Shown: positions 17,474-27,764 of the stretch, in pieces | Layout: each line of letters starts with the position of its first letter | How positions within the stretch are numbered: position 1 is the first letter of the stretch | NCBI GenBank assembly: GCA_001002285.1 | Contig: LCLX01000001.1 | Span: 316,895 to 380,894, forward strand | Direction: 5' to 3' | Source of the DNA: Microgenomates group bacterium GW2011_GWC1_46_15 | GTDB taxonomy: Bacteria; Patescibacteriota; Microgenomatia; UBA1400; UBA12028 | DNA: 64,000 bases | Made by a program: the position numbers and the translations under genes | Notes under the pieces: generated by a model | Seen by the model: only the letters and a program-made list of their open reading frames with translations | Told to the model about the DNA's origin: nothing | Database searches by the model: none

Positions 17474-18262
17474 TTATTTTATAACTTGATGTATCGAAAA
17501 ATCTACAAATTCATTAACTTTTGATATGGCTAGCCCGACACTTTTCTGTTCGTTGCTCCATTGTACCTTTCTCCATGTTACTGCATTTTGTATCAATGAC
17601 TTCCATTGAGGAAATTCTTCACAAATCCATTCTGCAGCTTGTTTTTTTGATACTTCTTCACCGTGTTTGTAACCATACAATGCTCTGCATAATGTAAATA
17701 CTACATAAGCCAAAGAACCTCGGGAAGACTGAGTATTATATTTTTTTATCCATTCACTCCAAAGAAGCGTATTTTCTTTGACAGCATTAATATACTCATC
17801 TTTAGATATTTTTGTAATAATTGATGCTTGATTAGGACCAAAAAGCACAATCCCGTTTTCCTGAACGATATACCAATTTATTAACCAATCTTTTCCTGCT
17901 TCAATGAAATGAATTGGTTCACCGGGGCTAATATTAACAATCTTACTGGTTTGAACCTTGAATGTTTTTAAACCAGAAAGAGAGACATATTGCACCTCAA
18001 TTCTATCCTTCCACGTTTTATATTTGTGGATTAAATCATCATGCATTTTCTTGAGAGCTTCAAATTCTAGTTCATCAATATCTACCGATGTTACGGTGAG
18101 TAAATCGATATCACTTATATCATGATCAAAATCTCCCGTTACAAGTGATCCGTAGAGATATAAACCCACGAGTTTATCATGAAGAATCGATTGCATTCGT
18201 GTTAATAAAGTATTAAGCAATCTATTGACGTCACTATAAGGCGTTACATTCATAAGAAACAT
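17474..18262 (-). CDS. Aminoglycoside nucleotidyltransferase of the ANT(3'')/ANT(9) (AadA/AadK) family.
   Basis: LYLYGSLVTGDFDHDISDIDLLTVT aligns with the AadA LYGSAVDGGLKPHSDIDLLVTV block. About 262 aa, the same length as AadA, with a DUF4111-like C-terminus. Low GC (about 33%) and on the opposite strand to its neighbours. Confidence 0.7.
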   Translation of the reverse strand: MFLMNVTPYSDVNRLLNTLLTRMQSILHDKLVGLYLYGSLVTGDFDHDISDIDLLTVTSVDIDELEFEALKKMHDDLIHKYKTWKDRIEVQYVSLSGLKTFKVQTSKIVNISPGEPIHFIEAGKDWLINWYIVQENGIVLFGPNQASIITKISKDEYINAVKENTLLWSEWIKKYNTQSSRGSLAYVVFTLCRALYGYKHGEEVSKKQAAEWICEEFPQWKSLIQNAVTWRKVQWSNEQKSVGLAISKVNEFVDFSIHQVIK

Positions 18263-18286
18263 TATATATCGTGTTAGAATAACTGT

Positions 18287-19765
18287 ATGAAGAAATATCT
18301 TCTCCTAGCCCTTTTTCTTCTCACGCACTTTCTTTTTTTAACAAAGCTTCCTGTTTTTTCTGATGAGGCAATTTATATCCGGTGGGCGCAGGTTGCATTC
18401 AATGAACCGCAAAAATATGCGTTTCTTCCCATGCTTGATGGAAAACCCCCACTGCACGTATGGCTGATGATTCCATTTTTACGTATATTTTCTGACCCAC
18501 TATTTGCGGGGCGCGCATTTTCTGTTCTTGCCGGCGCACTCACGATGCTTGTCGTCGGAAAACTTGTGCGGCTGTTAGGCGGAAAAGAACGCGAAGAACT
18601 TTTAGCCATGGCGTTGGTTGTGGTTGTGCCATTTTGGTTTCTCAACCATCGTATGGCGTTAGCAGACGGACTACTTGTGCTGTTTTTTAGTATGGCGCTG
18701 TATTTTGGATTACGGTTGTGTATGAAACCACGGCGTTTCGAGATGATCGCGTTTGCACTGAGTTTTGGTGCTGCGTTGTGGGTCAAAACAACGGCGCTAT
18801 TTTTTATTCCGGTGTATGCGTGTTTACCACTGCTTGCACTGAGTACAGAGAATAAAAAAATCTCATTGAACGCGATAATAAAAACGTACATAAGCAGAGC
18901 CACTCTCAAACTTATCATCGGTGGTCTTCTGGCCGGTGGACTATTTTTACTCCTAAAGTTTTCACCTCTTTTTCCGTATCTTTTCAAGCGAAGCGAAGAC
19001 TACACGTTCACCATTCCTCAGCTTTTGGGCGGGGAATGGAAAGTCGTGCTATTTGATTCGCTTCCGCAAAAACTGTGGTGGATTGTGTGGTATATGACGC
19101 CGTTTGCATTTTTGCTCTCTTTATTTGAACGGAAGAAAAATAGTGTTCTTTTTCTTATGGCAGCAGCCTATGTTCTCCCTTTAATAATAATAGGAAGAGT
19201 TTTATATTCAAGATATTTTTTGCCCACCGCCGTACTATTTACCCTTTCTGCAGTCATTGGATACGGCAGAGCAAGACAACAAAAGTCTTTGCAAAATATC
19301 GCGCACATTTTAATGGCATGTTTTCTCGTGTTTTCAATTGTTTTCTCTGGTATTTCAGTATTTAAGCCGGAAAGCACGCCATATGTCCAGCTCGACCGCA
19401 GCCAATATCTCCTATCTTGGGCTGCCGGCTACGGCATTCCGCAGGTCCGCGACTATCTCACCGAACGCATAAAACACGGTAAAGTAACGGTTGGTGCAGA
19501 GGGATACTTTGGGACGCTTCCCGATGGTCTTCTCATGTACTTTGACCATGTGCCAAATGGCGGAAATATTCGCATAGATGGTGTCGGCGTTTCTCCTGAA
19601 GTGATCCCGCAATGGGTTCTGGACTCCGCAAAAACAAGCGAAACATATCTCCTCCTTAATGATGACCGTTTTCACATGGCGGACAAATCACACCTTCAAT
19701 TGGTTTCGTCTTATCCGCGCCCAGATCACGCGCCCTCGCTTTTGCTCTTGAGAGTCGTGCGATAA
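18287..19765 (+). CDS. GT-C glycosyltransferase, ArnT/PMT_2 (GT83-like) family.
   Basis: Polytopic. The first loop DEAIYIRWAQ (DE catalytic dyad) is typical of ArnT/PMT_2. Confidence 0.65.
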   Translation: MKKYLLLALFLLTHFLFLTKLPVFSDEAIYIRWAQVAFNEPQKYAFLPMLDGKPPLHVWLMIPFLRIFSDPLFAGRAFSVLAGALTMLVVGKLVRLLGGKEREELLAMALVVVVPFWFLNHRMALADGLLVLFFSMALYFGLRLCMKPRRFEMIAFALSFGAALWVKTTALFFIPVYACLPLLALSTENKKISLNAIIKTYISRATLKLIIGGLLAGGLFLLLKFSPLFPYLFKRSEDYTFTIPQLLGGEWKVVLFDSLPQKLWWIVWYMTPFAFLLSLFERKKNSVLFLMAAAYVLPLIIIGRVLYSRYFLPTAVLFTLSAVIGYGRARQQKSLQNIAHILMACFLVFSIVFSGISVFKPESTPYVQLDRSQYLLSWAAGYGIPQVRDYLTERIKHGKVTVGAEGYFGTLPDGLLMYFDHVPNGGNIRIDGVGVSPEVIPQWVLDSAKTSETYLLLNDDRFHMADKSHLQLVSSYPRPDHAPSLLLLRVVR

Positions 19766-19783
19766 CCAGGGTAAAATACTGGT

Positions 19784-21436
19784 ATGCGGCGCATGTTTGT
19801 TTTTCTTATCTGCGTGATCGTTACACTATTCAGCCTCCGCTTCCTTTTTAACACAACATTTTTTCCGATTCATGATTACACGCACGTAACCCGCCTTGTC
19901 GAGATGGATCGGGCGCTCCGCGATGGGCATTTCCCCGTGCGATGGGTGCGCGATCTTGGGTATGGATACGGCGAGCCACTGTTTAGTTTTTATGGACCCG
20001 CACCGTTTTATCTTGCCGAAGTGTTCCACCTTCTTGGTTTATCGTTTCTCGTGAGCATTAAGGCGCTTCTTGTTGTGATGACGCTTGCCGGATTTGCCGG
20101 CATGTATCTTTTGGCGTCAAAACTGTTCGGGCGGACAGGCGGAATACTAGCGGCTTCCGCGTTTTTACTCATTCCATACCGGGCGCTTGACCTTTTTGTC
20201 CGCGGTGCGTTCAACGAGCTGTTTGCCATTACAGTAGTTCCTTGGATTATGTACGGCATGCTGAACATGAAAGAGAAAAAATCGTGGAGATGGGTCGGCG
20301 CCATCACTGGGCTGTTTTTCCTTCTTTTTACGTCGCACAACCTCATGACGATGATGTTTCTTCCGTTTTTATATATTTTTGGAGTTGTTGTATTGTTTGG
20401 AGTAAAAGATAAACGGACGTACGCGCTAAAACTTCATTCAGCGCTTCTCTTGGGGGTTGTCGCGGCGGCGTTTTATCTTTTCCCCTCGTATCTTGAAAAA
20501 GGATTTACGCAGGTGGACAAGTTGATCGGTGGGTATGGTCTGTACGCATATCACTTTTTATATATCCGCCAATTTTTCACGGGTGTATGGGGATACGGTG
20601 GCTCGATTTCCGGAATAGAAGATGGGCTTTCGTTCCATCTTGGACTGGCGCATGTGGTATTGGCGGCGGTTGGCATAGCGGGGTGGTTTTTTCTCAAAAA
20701 GAAACGATCTGAAAAAATGCTCGCAGTTTTTATTGCAGCAGCAGCAGCGCTTGCGCTCTTTCTAACAATTTACAAAAGCCAGTTCATTTGGGATAGAATT
20801 CCGTTTTTTGTGTATTTTCAATTTCCATGGCGGTTTCTTTCGGTCACAACAGTGTTTTTGCCGTTGATGGCGGGTGGGGCGGTACTATGGATTCATAAAA
20901 AGTCGCATCGTATTTTGGCGGTGTGTGTGGTCATCATTGCATTACTCATTCTTAACTTGAAATACTTTGCACCCTCCAAACTTCTTGATAATCCGAACGC
21001 GCTGTACTACTCCGACCCGCAGAGAATTCAGGACTCAATGAGCGACACACTGCCGGACTACATTCCAATTGGCATGAAAGTCATTCAACCGCCGTTCCAA
21101 CAACCGTTTGAGTTGCTTGGAGCTTCCACAAAAGATCAAATCCAAGTTTTTGTAGATCGCACACAAGAAAAATTGTTATCCTTTACTCTGCAAAAACCTA
21201 CGACATTAATCGTTCGCACGGCGTGGTTCCCCGGCTGGACGGTGTACGACTTTGATCAAAAAATCACATATACTGTTGATACCACGACGGATTTTATTTC
21301 GGTTCCGTTACAAGAAGGACAACATTTTATCAGCGTTGTATTTGAAAATACTCCAGTACGTGCGGTATCAAATCTGATATCGATACTTGGGTTGTTGGGT
21401 ATAGCGGGAGCATTGTTTTATGGTAGACATGATTGA
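19784..21436 (+). CDS. Polytopic membrane protein of a GT-C-like family with an HDxxH / FPxRW / GYGYP motif (possibly Pfam PTPS-related membrane domain).
   Basis: IHDYTHVTRLVEMDRALRDGHFPVRWVRDLGYGYGEPLFSFYGPAPFYL. Shares this signature with the genes at 26045 and 51999. About 12 TM segments plus a C-terminal extracytoplasmic domain. Confidence 0.55.
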   Translation: MRRMFVFLICVIVTLFSLRFLFNTTFFPIHDYTHVTRLVEMDRALRDGHFPVRWVRDLGYGYGEPLFSFYGPAPFYLAEVFHLLGLSFLVSIKALLVVMTLAGFAGMYLLASKLFGRTGGILAASAFLLIPYRALDLFVRGAFNELFAITVVPWIMYGMLNMKEKKSWRWVGAITGLFFLLFTSHNLMTMMFLPFLYIFGVVVLFGVKDKRTYALKLHSALLLGVVAAAFYLFPSYLEKGFTQVDKLIGGYGLYAYHFLYIRQFFTGVWGYGGSISGIEDGLSFHLGLAHVVLAAVGIAGWFFLKKKRSEKMLAVFIAAAAALALFLTIYKSQFIWDRIPFFVYFQFPWRFLSVTTVFLPLMAGGAVLWIHKKSHRILAVCVVIIALLILNLKYFAPSKLLDNPNALYYSDPQRIQDSMSDTLPDYIPIGMKVIQPPFQQPFELLGASTKDQIQVFVDRTQEKLLSFTLQKPTTLIVRTAWFPGWTVYDFDQKITYTVDTTTDFISVPLQEGQHFISVVFENTPVRAVSNLISILGLLGIAGALFYGRHD

Positions 21437-22871
21437 TGTAAAGAAAAAATCAGTGCGGGGCGTTGTGAGTTACGCATTCCGAACACTTGCTTTGCAGGCT
21501 ATTGGGTTTGTCGCGACCTTGCTCCTGGGGTATTACTTGTCGCCAGCTGACTTTGGCATTTATTTTATCGTAACTGCAGTCATTGGAGTCTTTACATTCT
21601 TATCTGATATTGGTTTGGCGGCAGCGCTTGTGCAGAAAAAAGAGGAACCAACGCGCGAGGATCTTCAAACAACGTTTACCGTTCAGCAAGGATTGGCGTT
21701 CACGATTTTTGGCGCAACAATTCTGTTGACGCCGTTCTGGAAAACGTATGCCAATCTCGATACCGAGGCGCTGTGGCTTTTATATGCGTTGGGTTTTTCA
21801 TTCGTGTTGGCCTCGCTCAAAACAATCCCATCTATTTTGCTTGAAAGAAAACTTGAGTTTACAAAACTTGTTTTTCCTCAAATCATTGAAAATGTCTTGT
21901 TCTACAGTATCGCGGTTGCCTTGGCCGCCTCAGGCTTTGGCGTGCGTAGTTATACCATCGCGGTATTGGCACGGAGCATTGGTGGAGTAATCGCGATTTA
22001 TTTTATTCAGAGTTGGCCCATTGGTTTTGCATTTTCCAAGAAGGCGCTCCATAACTTATTGCGGTTTGGCGCAAAGTTCCAGTTGAATGATTTTCTTGCC
22101 CGTATCAAAGACGATCTGTTTATTGTCGTGATTGCCAGATTTATTCCCGCGACGCAGATGGGATACTTGAGTTGGGCAAAGCGATGGTCAATGTTCCCGT
22201 ACCAGTTCAGCGTGAACAGCATTATGTCGGTTACGTTTCCAACGTTTTCCCGCCTTCAGGAGCATCCAGATAAACTCAAGCGCGCGATCGAGAAATCTAT
22301 GTACTTCGTTACGCTTGTTATCTTTCCCGTACTCGTGGGGTTGTGTGTGTTGGCGTATCCAATGATCGGCATCATTCCAAAGTATCAAAAATGGCTGCCC
22401 GCACTTCCCGCGCTGTACTTTTTCTGTATAAACATCGCATTCGCGGCGCTTTCAACCCCGCTGACAAATACGCTCAACGCAATCGGAAAAATTAATCAAA
22501 CACTCAAACTCATGCTCATGTGGACGGGGCTAACGTGGACGCTTACCCCGCTCGCCGTGATGATGTTTGGATTTACCGGTGTTGCGGTCGCTTCGGCGGT
22601 TATCGCGTTGAGTTCAGTTGCAACAATTTGGATGGTAAAGAAGTACGTGCGGATTAAAACTCTCGATCAGATTTGGAGGCAAGCGTTTGCCTCACTTGCA
22701 ATGGGTGCTGCAATCCTTCTTGTACAAAATATATTCCACGTAGGATTAGTAGAAGTGTTAGCAGAAATTGTTTTGGGTGGTCTTTTCTACCTCGTGTTGT
22801 TATTAATCACGGGCAAGAAAAAACTCTTTTTTGAGCTCGAGTCCATTAAACCTTTTTTTGTGAAAGGATAG
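21420..22871 (+). CDS. wzx: Wzx-type oligosaccharide flippase (MOP superfamily polysaccharide biosynthesis protein).
   Basis: 483 aa with about 12-14 TM segments. The N-terminal YAFRTLALQAIGFVATLLLGYYLSPADFGIYFIV region is typical of Wzx/RfbX. Confidence 0.65.
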   Translation: MVDMIDVKKKSVRGVVSYAFRTLALQAIGFVATLLLGYYLSPADFGIYFIVTAVIGVFTFLSDIGLAAALVQKKEEPTREDLQTTFTVQQGLAFTIFGATILLTPFWKTYANLDTEALWLLYALGFSFVLASLKTIPSILLERKLEFTKLVFPQIIENVLFYSIAVALAASGFGVRSYTIAVLARSIGGVIAIYFIQSWPIGFAFSKKALHNLLRFGAKFQLNDFLARIKDDLFIVVIARFIPATQMGYLSWAKRWSMFPYQFSVNSIMSVTFPTFSRLQEHPDKLKRAIEKSMYFVTLVIFPVLVGLCVLAYPMIGIIPKYQKWLPALPALYFFCINIAFAALSTPLTNTLNAIGKINQTLKLMLMWTGLTWTLTPLAVMMFGFTGVAVASAVIALSSVATIWMVKKYVRIKTLDQIWRQAFASLAMGAAILLVQNIFHVGLVEVLAEIVLGGLFYLVLLLITGKKKLFFELESIKPFFVKG

Positions 22872-22873
22872 GA

Positions 22874-24919
22874 ATGAACAGCGTGTACTCGTTTCTAAGT
22901 ATTCAGTTTTGGTTTTTTACTCTCGTTTTTGTTCTCGCGACGTATGTTGTATGTTTTCTTGCCGGCAAGCTTGTGTTAAACCACGCACCGGTAAAATCGG
23001 AGGGAGCATTTCACTTTTTTCTTGCGAATGTCATCGGCCTCGTATTGTGGTCTTTGCAGGGGTATGTTTTTGGATACGCGCACCTTCGATGGCTTAGTTA
23101 TGTCTATGTAGTGGGCGTGCTGTATCTTTCGCGCAAAGATATACTTCAGACTATAAAAAGAGGAATCACTCCTGTTTTGCGGAACATTCTCTCATTTGAC
23201 CGTGTCATAGTAGGATGTATTGTTGTTGGCGCTATTCTCCAAGCGCTTCCTGTTTTTGGTTCCGGAGCAATGTATCCGGATGGCATCCGTTTTTACAAAA
23301 ACAACGCATACGATGGTGTGATGCATCTGAGTTATGTCGAATCAATCGTGAGAACATTTCCTCCGCGTGAACCCGGTTCATATATTTTGCCGCTTAAAAA
23401 TTACCACTATTTTGGGGACCTTTTTATTGCAGAACTTACGCGTATTTGGCGCATTCCCATCTCTCATATTTTTTTCCAATACATCACGATATACATTTCG
23501 GTGCTAACGGGCATTGGATTATATCTGCTCGTGAAAGAATGGGGAGGAAAAACTTCGACCATCCGTTGGGCGCTTTTCTTTTTATATGGAGCGGGAGAAC
23601 TCACATATCTTTTTATCCTCTTTTTTCACCGGATTGTAGAGTTTAATACGCCGGCATTAGACAACGGCATTGATCAGTTCTTAAACCTTCCGCATACTTT
23701 TGGGAAACTTATCTTTTTTGCAGGACTTCTCACATTATGGAACTGGAAAAAATCGCGTAAAAACGTATGGCTCATATTAACGATACTGCTTTTTGCTCCA
23801 CTCATCGGTTTCAAAGTATATTTTGGATTATTTGCCGGCATTGGGTTGGGATTGGTTTTACTTGACTATCTTGTGCGGAAGTATCTGCAGATAGTTCGTA
23901 CACACGGTATGTTCGGCGCTATATGGAAGACAATACTGAAAGAAAAAGTTGCTGTGCTTTGTGGACTTGGTTACATTCTCATCACGTTGGCAGTATATCT
24001 TCCAAGTAATGCTACTTCCGGAGGATTCTTTTACGCGCCTATGGAATGGCCCAAAATCTTTCTAGGGGAAGAAAATATTAACTGGACCGCATGGTGGTTA
24101 AGAAGTGCTGTATATCAAGATGCAAAAAATCTCCGCGGGATCATTGCGATGAACACAATCGCGATCGGTATTTTTCTTTTATGCATGCATGGAACACGCT
24201 TGCTTGGTGTATTGGTTGTCCCAAAACTACAGAAAGCGCTGGGGAGAGAAGGAGCGCTGTTTTTTATTCCCGGAACAGTCATTTTTACGATCATCGGTCT
24301 TACAACACTGCAAGTTTCTGGAATGTTTAATGTGTTTAACTTTTTTGTTGTAACAAGTGTACCACTCGCAATTTCTGCCGCGTTTTTGTTGGATGCATTA
24401 TGGAGCTCGAAATGGCGGTTTCTGCGGTTTGTAGTCACACTCATCGTTCTTTTTACCCTCCCGAGAGTGATGAATGACGCATATGAAACAATACTCATGT
24501 ACACAACAAAAGAGTTTTATTACGCTATTCCCCGTGGTGAGTTAGAAGCGTTTCGGTATATTGATCAACATGCACCAAAAGATGCAATCGTTCAGTCACA
24601 CCCCGAAAACCCACTTGATACGTACACGCAATATAGTTCGTTTTTTGTAAACAGGATGACGTATATAACGGGCGCAGGCAATCTAGAAACGCACAATGAG
24701 CCATTCAAAGAACAACAGCGGGAGGTAAATAAAATATTCTATGCTCCATTCACGTCTCAAATGTTTGAACAAATGCGGGAAAAAGGAATTTCGTATATCT
24801 TTTTCCAAAAACACAATCCTGCACAAAAACTTCCTTTTGATGCCAAAGACCTCGACACAAATATGGTGCGGCCATTTTTTGAAAACGACACCATTCTTGT
24901 ATTAGAACGTGTGCGATAA
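22874..24919 (+). CDS. Large polytopic membrane protein of unknown family, putative glycan polymerase or GT-C.
   Basis: 681 aa and highly hydrophobic, sitting immediately after wzx. No catalytic motif was recognised with confidence. Confidence 0.45.
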   Translation: MNSVYSFLSIQFWFFTLVFVLATYVVCFLAGKLVLNHAPVKSEGAFHFFLANVIGLVLWSLQGYVFGYAHLRWLSYVYVVGVLYLSRKDILQTIKRGITPVLRNILSFDRVIVGCIVVGAILQALPVFGSGAMYPDGIRFYKNNAYDGVMHLSYVESIVRTFPPREPGSYILPLKNYHYFGDLFIAELTRIWRIPISHIFFQYITIYISVLTGIGLYLLVKEWGGKTSTIRWALFFLYGAGELTYLFILFFHRIVEFNTPALDNGIDQFLNLPHTFGKLIFFAGLLTLWNWKKSRKNVWLILTILLFAPLIGFKVYFGLFAGIGLGLVLLDYLVRKYLQIVRTHGMFGAIWKTILKEKVAVLCGLGYILITLAVYLPSNATSGGFFYAPMEWPKIFLGEENINWTAWWLRSAVYQDAKNLRGIIAMNTIAIGIFLLCMHGTRLLGVLVVPKLQKALGREGALFFIPGTVIFTIIGLTTLQVSGMFNVFNFFVVTSVPLAISAAFLLDALWSSKWRFLRFVVTLIVLFTLPRVMNDAYETILMYTTKEFYYAIPRGELEAFRYIDQHAPKDAIVQSHPENPLDTYTQYSSFFVNRMTYITGAGNLETHNEPFKEQQREVNKIFYAPFTSQMFEQMREKGISYIFFQKHNPAQKLPFDAKDLDTNMVRPFFENDTILVLERVR

Positions 24920-24927
24920 GGAGACTG

Positions 24928-26061
24928 GTGCATAATAGAAAGATGAAATATCTTGGTTTGTTTCTCGCAGTGTTTATCACTGGATACCATGTGTTTTCGC
25001 AGTGGCAGGTCTTTTCTTCCCCAACGGATATGCGGGCATTTGGCAAGGCATATGCAAACTCACAATATGTAAAAGGAGAAGCGAGCACGCAGAAAGTTGA
25101 TGATGCGGCGGTGTATACATACGCGGCTTCTGCATACATGCGTGGGGAAGACCCAACGACAATTAACTTTGAGCATCCGCCATTAGGAAAGTATCTTTTT
25201 GGAGTGTCGTACCTCCTAACAGGAAATATATTATGGGCGAATGCAGTTGCGCTTTTTCTCGTTTTATTTTTTCTTGATGTACTTATGCGGCGCGTTAGCC
25301 TCATGCCACTATTACGCGCTATCGTACTTCTTCTTTTTGGTCTCCAGGAGATGATTCATGTTCACATGCGGTTGGGATTGATGGATCTCATGGTGTTGTG
25401 CGCGAGTGTGATATTTTTTGTGGCGCTTTTTTCGCAGAGTCCAAAACAAAATCCGAAATGGAAAAAATGGCACGGGGTTGGAGTAGGCCTTGTATTAGGG
25501 TTGCTTGCTTCGCTTAAATATCCTGTACCCTCAATTGGAATGTATGTGGCGATGATGGTGTGGTGGTACGTCCGGCAAAAAACATACCGACAGATTGTTG
25601 TTGCAAGTTTGGTGGCAGTGAGCATGTACATGTTTACGTACGGGGTGTATTTTCTTCATGGTCATTCGCTGATCGATTTTGTGAAGTTCGAATGGTACCG
25701 GTTCCGGTGGTGGACGGGAGATCGGAGTATGCCAAAGTTTTTAATTCTGCAGACTTTATTTACAGGGGGATTTCCCGCTTGGTGGGATAAAGGAGCGCGG
25801 TATGTGGAGACGGAATGGTCGGTGCTATGGCCGGTAGCGTATATTGCACAGTTCATCGGGCTTCCAGTGATGAGGAAAAACAAAGAGCTCCAAATGTATT
25901 TTGTGTATGGTACTGGATTTTTAATGTTATTTGCCGTTGGTGCGGCCTCGTTTGGTCGGTATCTCCAGCAGCTTTTGCCATTTTGGTTGATTATTGCGGC
26001 ATGTGGAGCGCAGTGGGTGTACACGCAAGTCAAAAAGAAAAACTATGCAAAACAAACATAA
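24928..26061 (+). CDS. PMT-like GT-C membrane protein (short form).
   Basis: KVDDAAVYTYAASAYMRGEDP...FEHPPLGKYLFG carries the DDxxxY and HPPLGK motifs of the PMT/ArnT first loop. The ORF-track start is GTG 24928, with an alternative ATG at 24943. Confidence 0.5.
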   Translation: MHNRKMKYLGLFLAVFITGYHVFSQWQVFSSPTDMRAFGKAYANSQYVKGEASTQKVDDAAVYTYAASAYMRGEDPTTINFEHPPLGKYLFGVSYLLTGNILWANAVALFLVLFFLDVLMRRVSLMPLLRAIVLLLFGLQEMIHVHMRLGLMDLMVLCASVIFFVALFSQSPKQNPKWKKWHGVGVGLVLGLLASLKYPVPSIGMYVAMMVWWYVRQKTYRQIVVASLVAVSMYMFTYGVYFLHGHSLIDFVKFEWYRFRWWTGDRSMPKFLILQTLFTGGFPAWWDKGARYVETEWSVLWPVAYIAQFIGLPVMRKNKELQMYFVYGTGFLMLFAVGAASFGRYLQQLLPFWLIIAACGAQWVYTQVKKKNYAKQT

Positions 26062-27760
26062 CATTGTTTTTATGAAATATGTGATGCAGTGGGCAGTATG
26101 TGTAGGAGTTGTATTTTTTGTGTTTCTTCTTGTGATTCGTCCACTTCGGCAGTTCGGCATGATTCGTACATTTGATGATGTGCAGGTGGTTCGGGTGCAA
26201 GCGATGGTAGATGAGTTGAAGAGTGGGCAGTTTCCCGTGCGGCTGGTGAGCAAACTTGGTATTGGTGGTGGATATATGCTGTTCCAGTTTTACCCGCCAT
26301 TGGTGTACTACATTGGTGCTGTTTTTTTTGCGGTTGGATATCCAGTCGTGCATGCGACAAAACTCGTGTTTTTATTGGCGTATGCAGTTGGCGCAAGTGG
26401 AATGATGGTCCTGGGATATACGATGACGCGGAACAAAGTGTTGGCAACACTTGGGGCGATGATGTTGATTACATCGGCGTATTTTAACTTTGATGCCTAC
26501 TCGCGTGGAGCGCTTGCAGAGTTGATGGCATTTGGGTTTGTCCCGTGGGTTTTGTGGGCATATATGCAACTTCGGGGTGCAAACTCATCACTGCGGGATA
26601 CGGTGTGGATTCCGGTTTCCGCTCTTTCATATGCTGCGCTTGTGTATGCACACACGATTATTGGATTTGCGTTAGCGCCTTTTGTTGCACTGATGTGTAT
26701 ATGGCGGCCATTTTCTCGAGGAAGATGGATGAGATTTGGTGTGTCTGCACTTGTGGTGTTTGGACTATGTGCATCATTACTTTTGCCGGTCATGAGTGAA
26801 CGGAAGTATGTGGCATATGACAGCACTGAGTATGCACAGGATGCGTATCGTGGAACGTTTCGCAATTTTTCACAAATATTTGGAAGCGAGAGTCTTTTGA
26901 ATGATTTTCGGGCACCAAGTTTGGGTGTAGGTTTGGCAGTTGGTGGATTGGTAAGCTTGATATATGGATTGTGGTATATACAAAAGCATGTTCAAGGAAA
27001 AAAAGATAAAGTGATGGCGTCGCATATGCAGGCAATTCTTTGGAGCACAATACTTGCTATGTTTTTAATGCACCCTGCAAGTACATGGGTATGGGAGCGC
27101 GTGAGTTACCTCCGATTTATGCAGTATCCATATCGGTTTCTCACGGTGCTAACGGTATACGCGATTCTCTGTGTGTTACTATTTTTAAAACTTTCTCTAA
27201 AATCCAGGGTACATCGTGTAATAAAGATAATAGTTATTCTTGGCATACTTACAGCTCCATGGATATTTCAACGACAAAACTTTCAACCGCTTGGACATGT
27301 GTTTGTAGATACGTTCGAGGCAACGGGGAGTTGTGGGACAACGACCTGGCAAAATGAGTTACTTCCGCGATGGGTTGAAGAGTGTTTAGACGGGGGCGGA
27401 GGAGATGTTGTTCGGGCAAAAAGTAACGTAGTGAAGATTCAATCAATTTCTGTTGACAAAGGAGAACGGAAAATTTCCTTTATAACAAATGGCAAAGCGG
27501 GGGAAGTATTTGTGCGGAAGTATTATTTTCCCGGGTGGATTGTACGAACACCATCAGAGAGTTTTGTTCCGAGCTACACAACGCATAACGGACTCATAAC
27601 TTTTTTTGTGCGCAAAGGGGTAACCGAGTATAGGGTTGTGTTTACAGACACTCCTGTTCGAAAGATTGGAAATAGTGTAACCGTGGGAACTGCAGTAGCT
27701 GTTGCGATATATATAATTGGGTGGGGAGTTCTGCGTGTTTGGAAGCGCAAACAAGCATGA
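26045..27760 (+). CDS. Polytopic membrane protein of the HDxxH / FPxRW / GYGYP GT-C-like family (paralog of 19784).
   Basis: FDDVQVVRVQAMVDELKSGQFPVRLVSKLGIGGGYMLFQFYPPLVYY. The ORF-track start is 25994, and internal Met starts at 26045 or 26072 are more plausible. A T8 tract lies in the coding region. Confidence 0.55.
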   Translation: MQNKHNIVFMKYVMQWAVCVGVVFFVFLLVIRPLRQFGMIRTFDDVQVVRVQAMVDELKSGQFPVRLVSKLGIGGGYMLFQFYPPLVYYIGAVFFAVGYPVVHATKLVFLLAYAVGASGMMVLGYTMTRNKVLATLGAMMLITSAYFNFDAYSRGALAELMAFGFVPWVLWAYMQLRGANSSLRDTVWIPVSALSYAALVYAHTIIGFALAPFVALMCIWRPFSRGRWMRFGVSALVVFGLCASLLLPVMSERKYVAYDSTEYAQDAYRGTFRNFSQIFGSESLLNDFRAPSLGVGLAVGGLVSLIYGLWYIQKHVQGKKDKVMASHMQAILWSTILAMFLMHPASTWVWERVSYLRFMQYPYRFLTVLTVYAILCVLLFLKLSLKSRVHRVIKIIVILGILTAPWIFQRQNFQPLGHVFVDTFEATGSCGTTTWQNELLPRWVEECLDGGGGDVVRAKSNVVKIQSISVDKGERKISFITNGKAGEVFVRKYYFPGWIVRTPSESFVPSYTTHNGLITFFVRKGVTEYRVVFTDTPVRKIGNSVTVGTAVAVAIYIIGWGVLRVWKRKQA

Positions 27761-27764
27761 TGTG

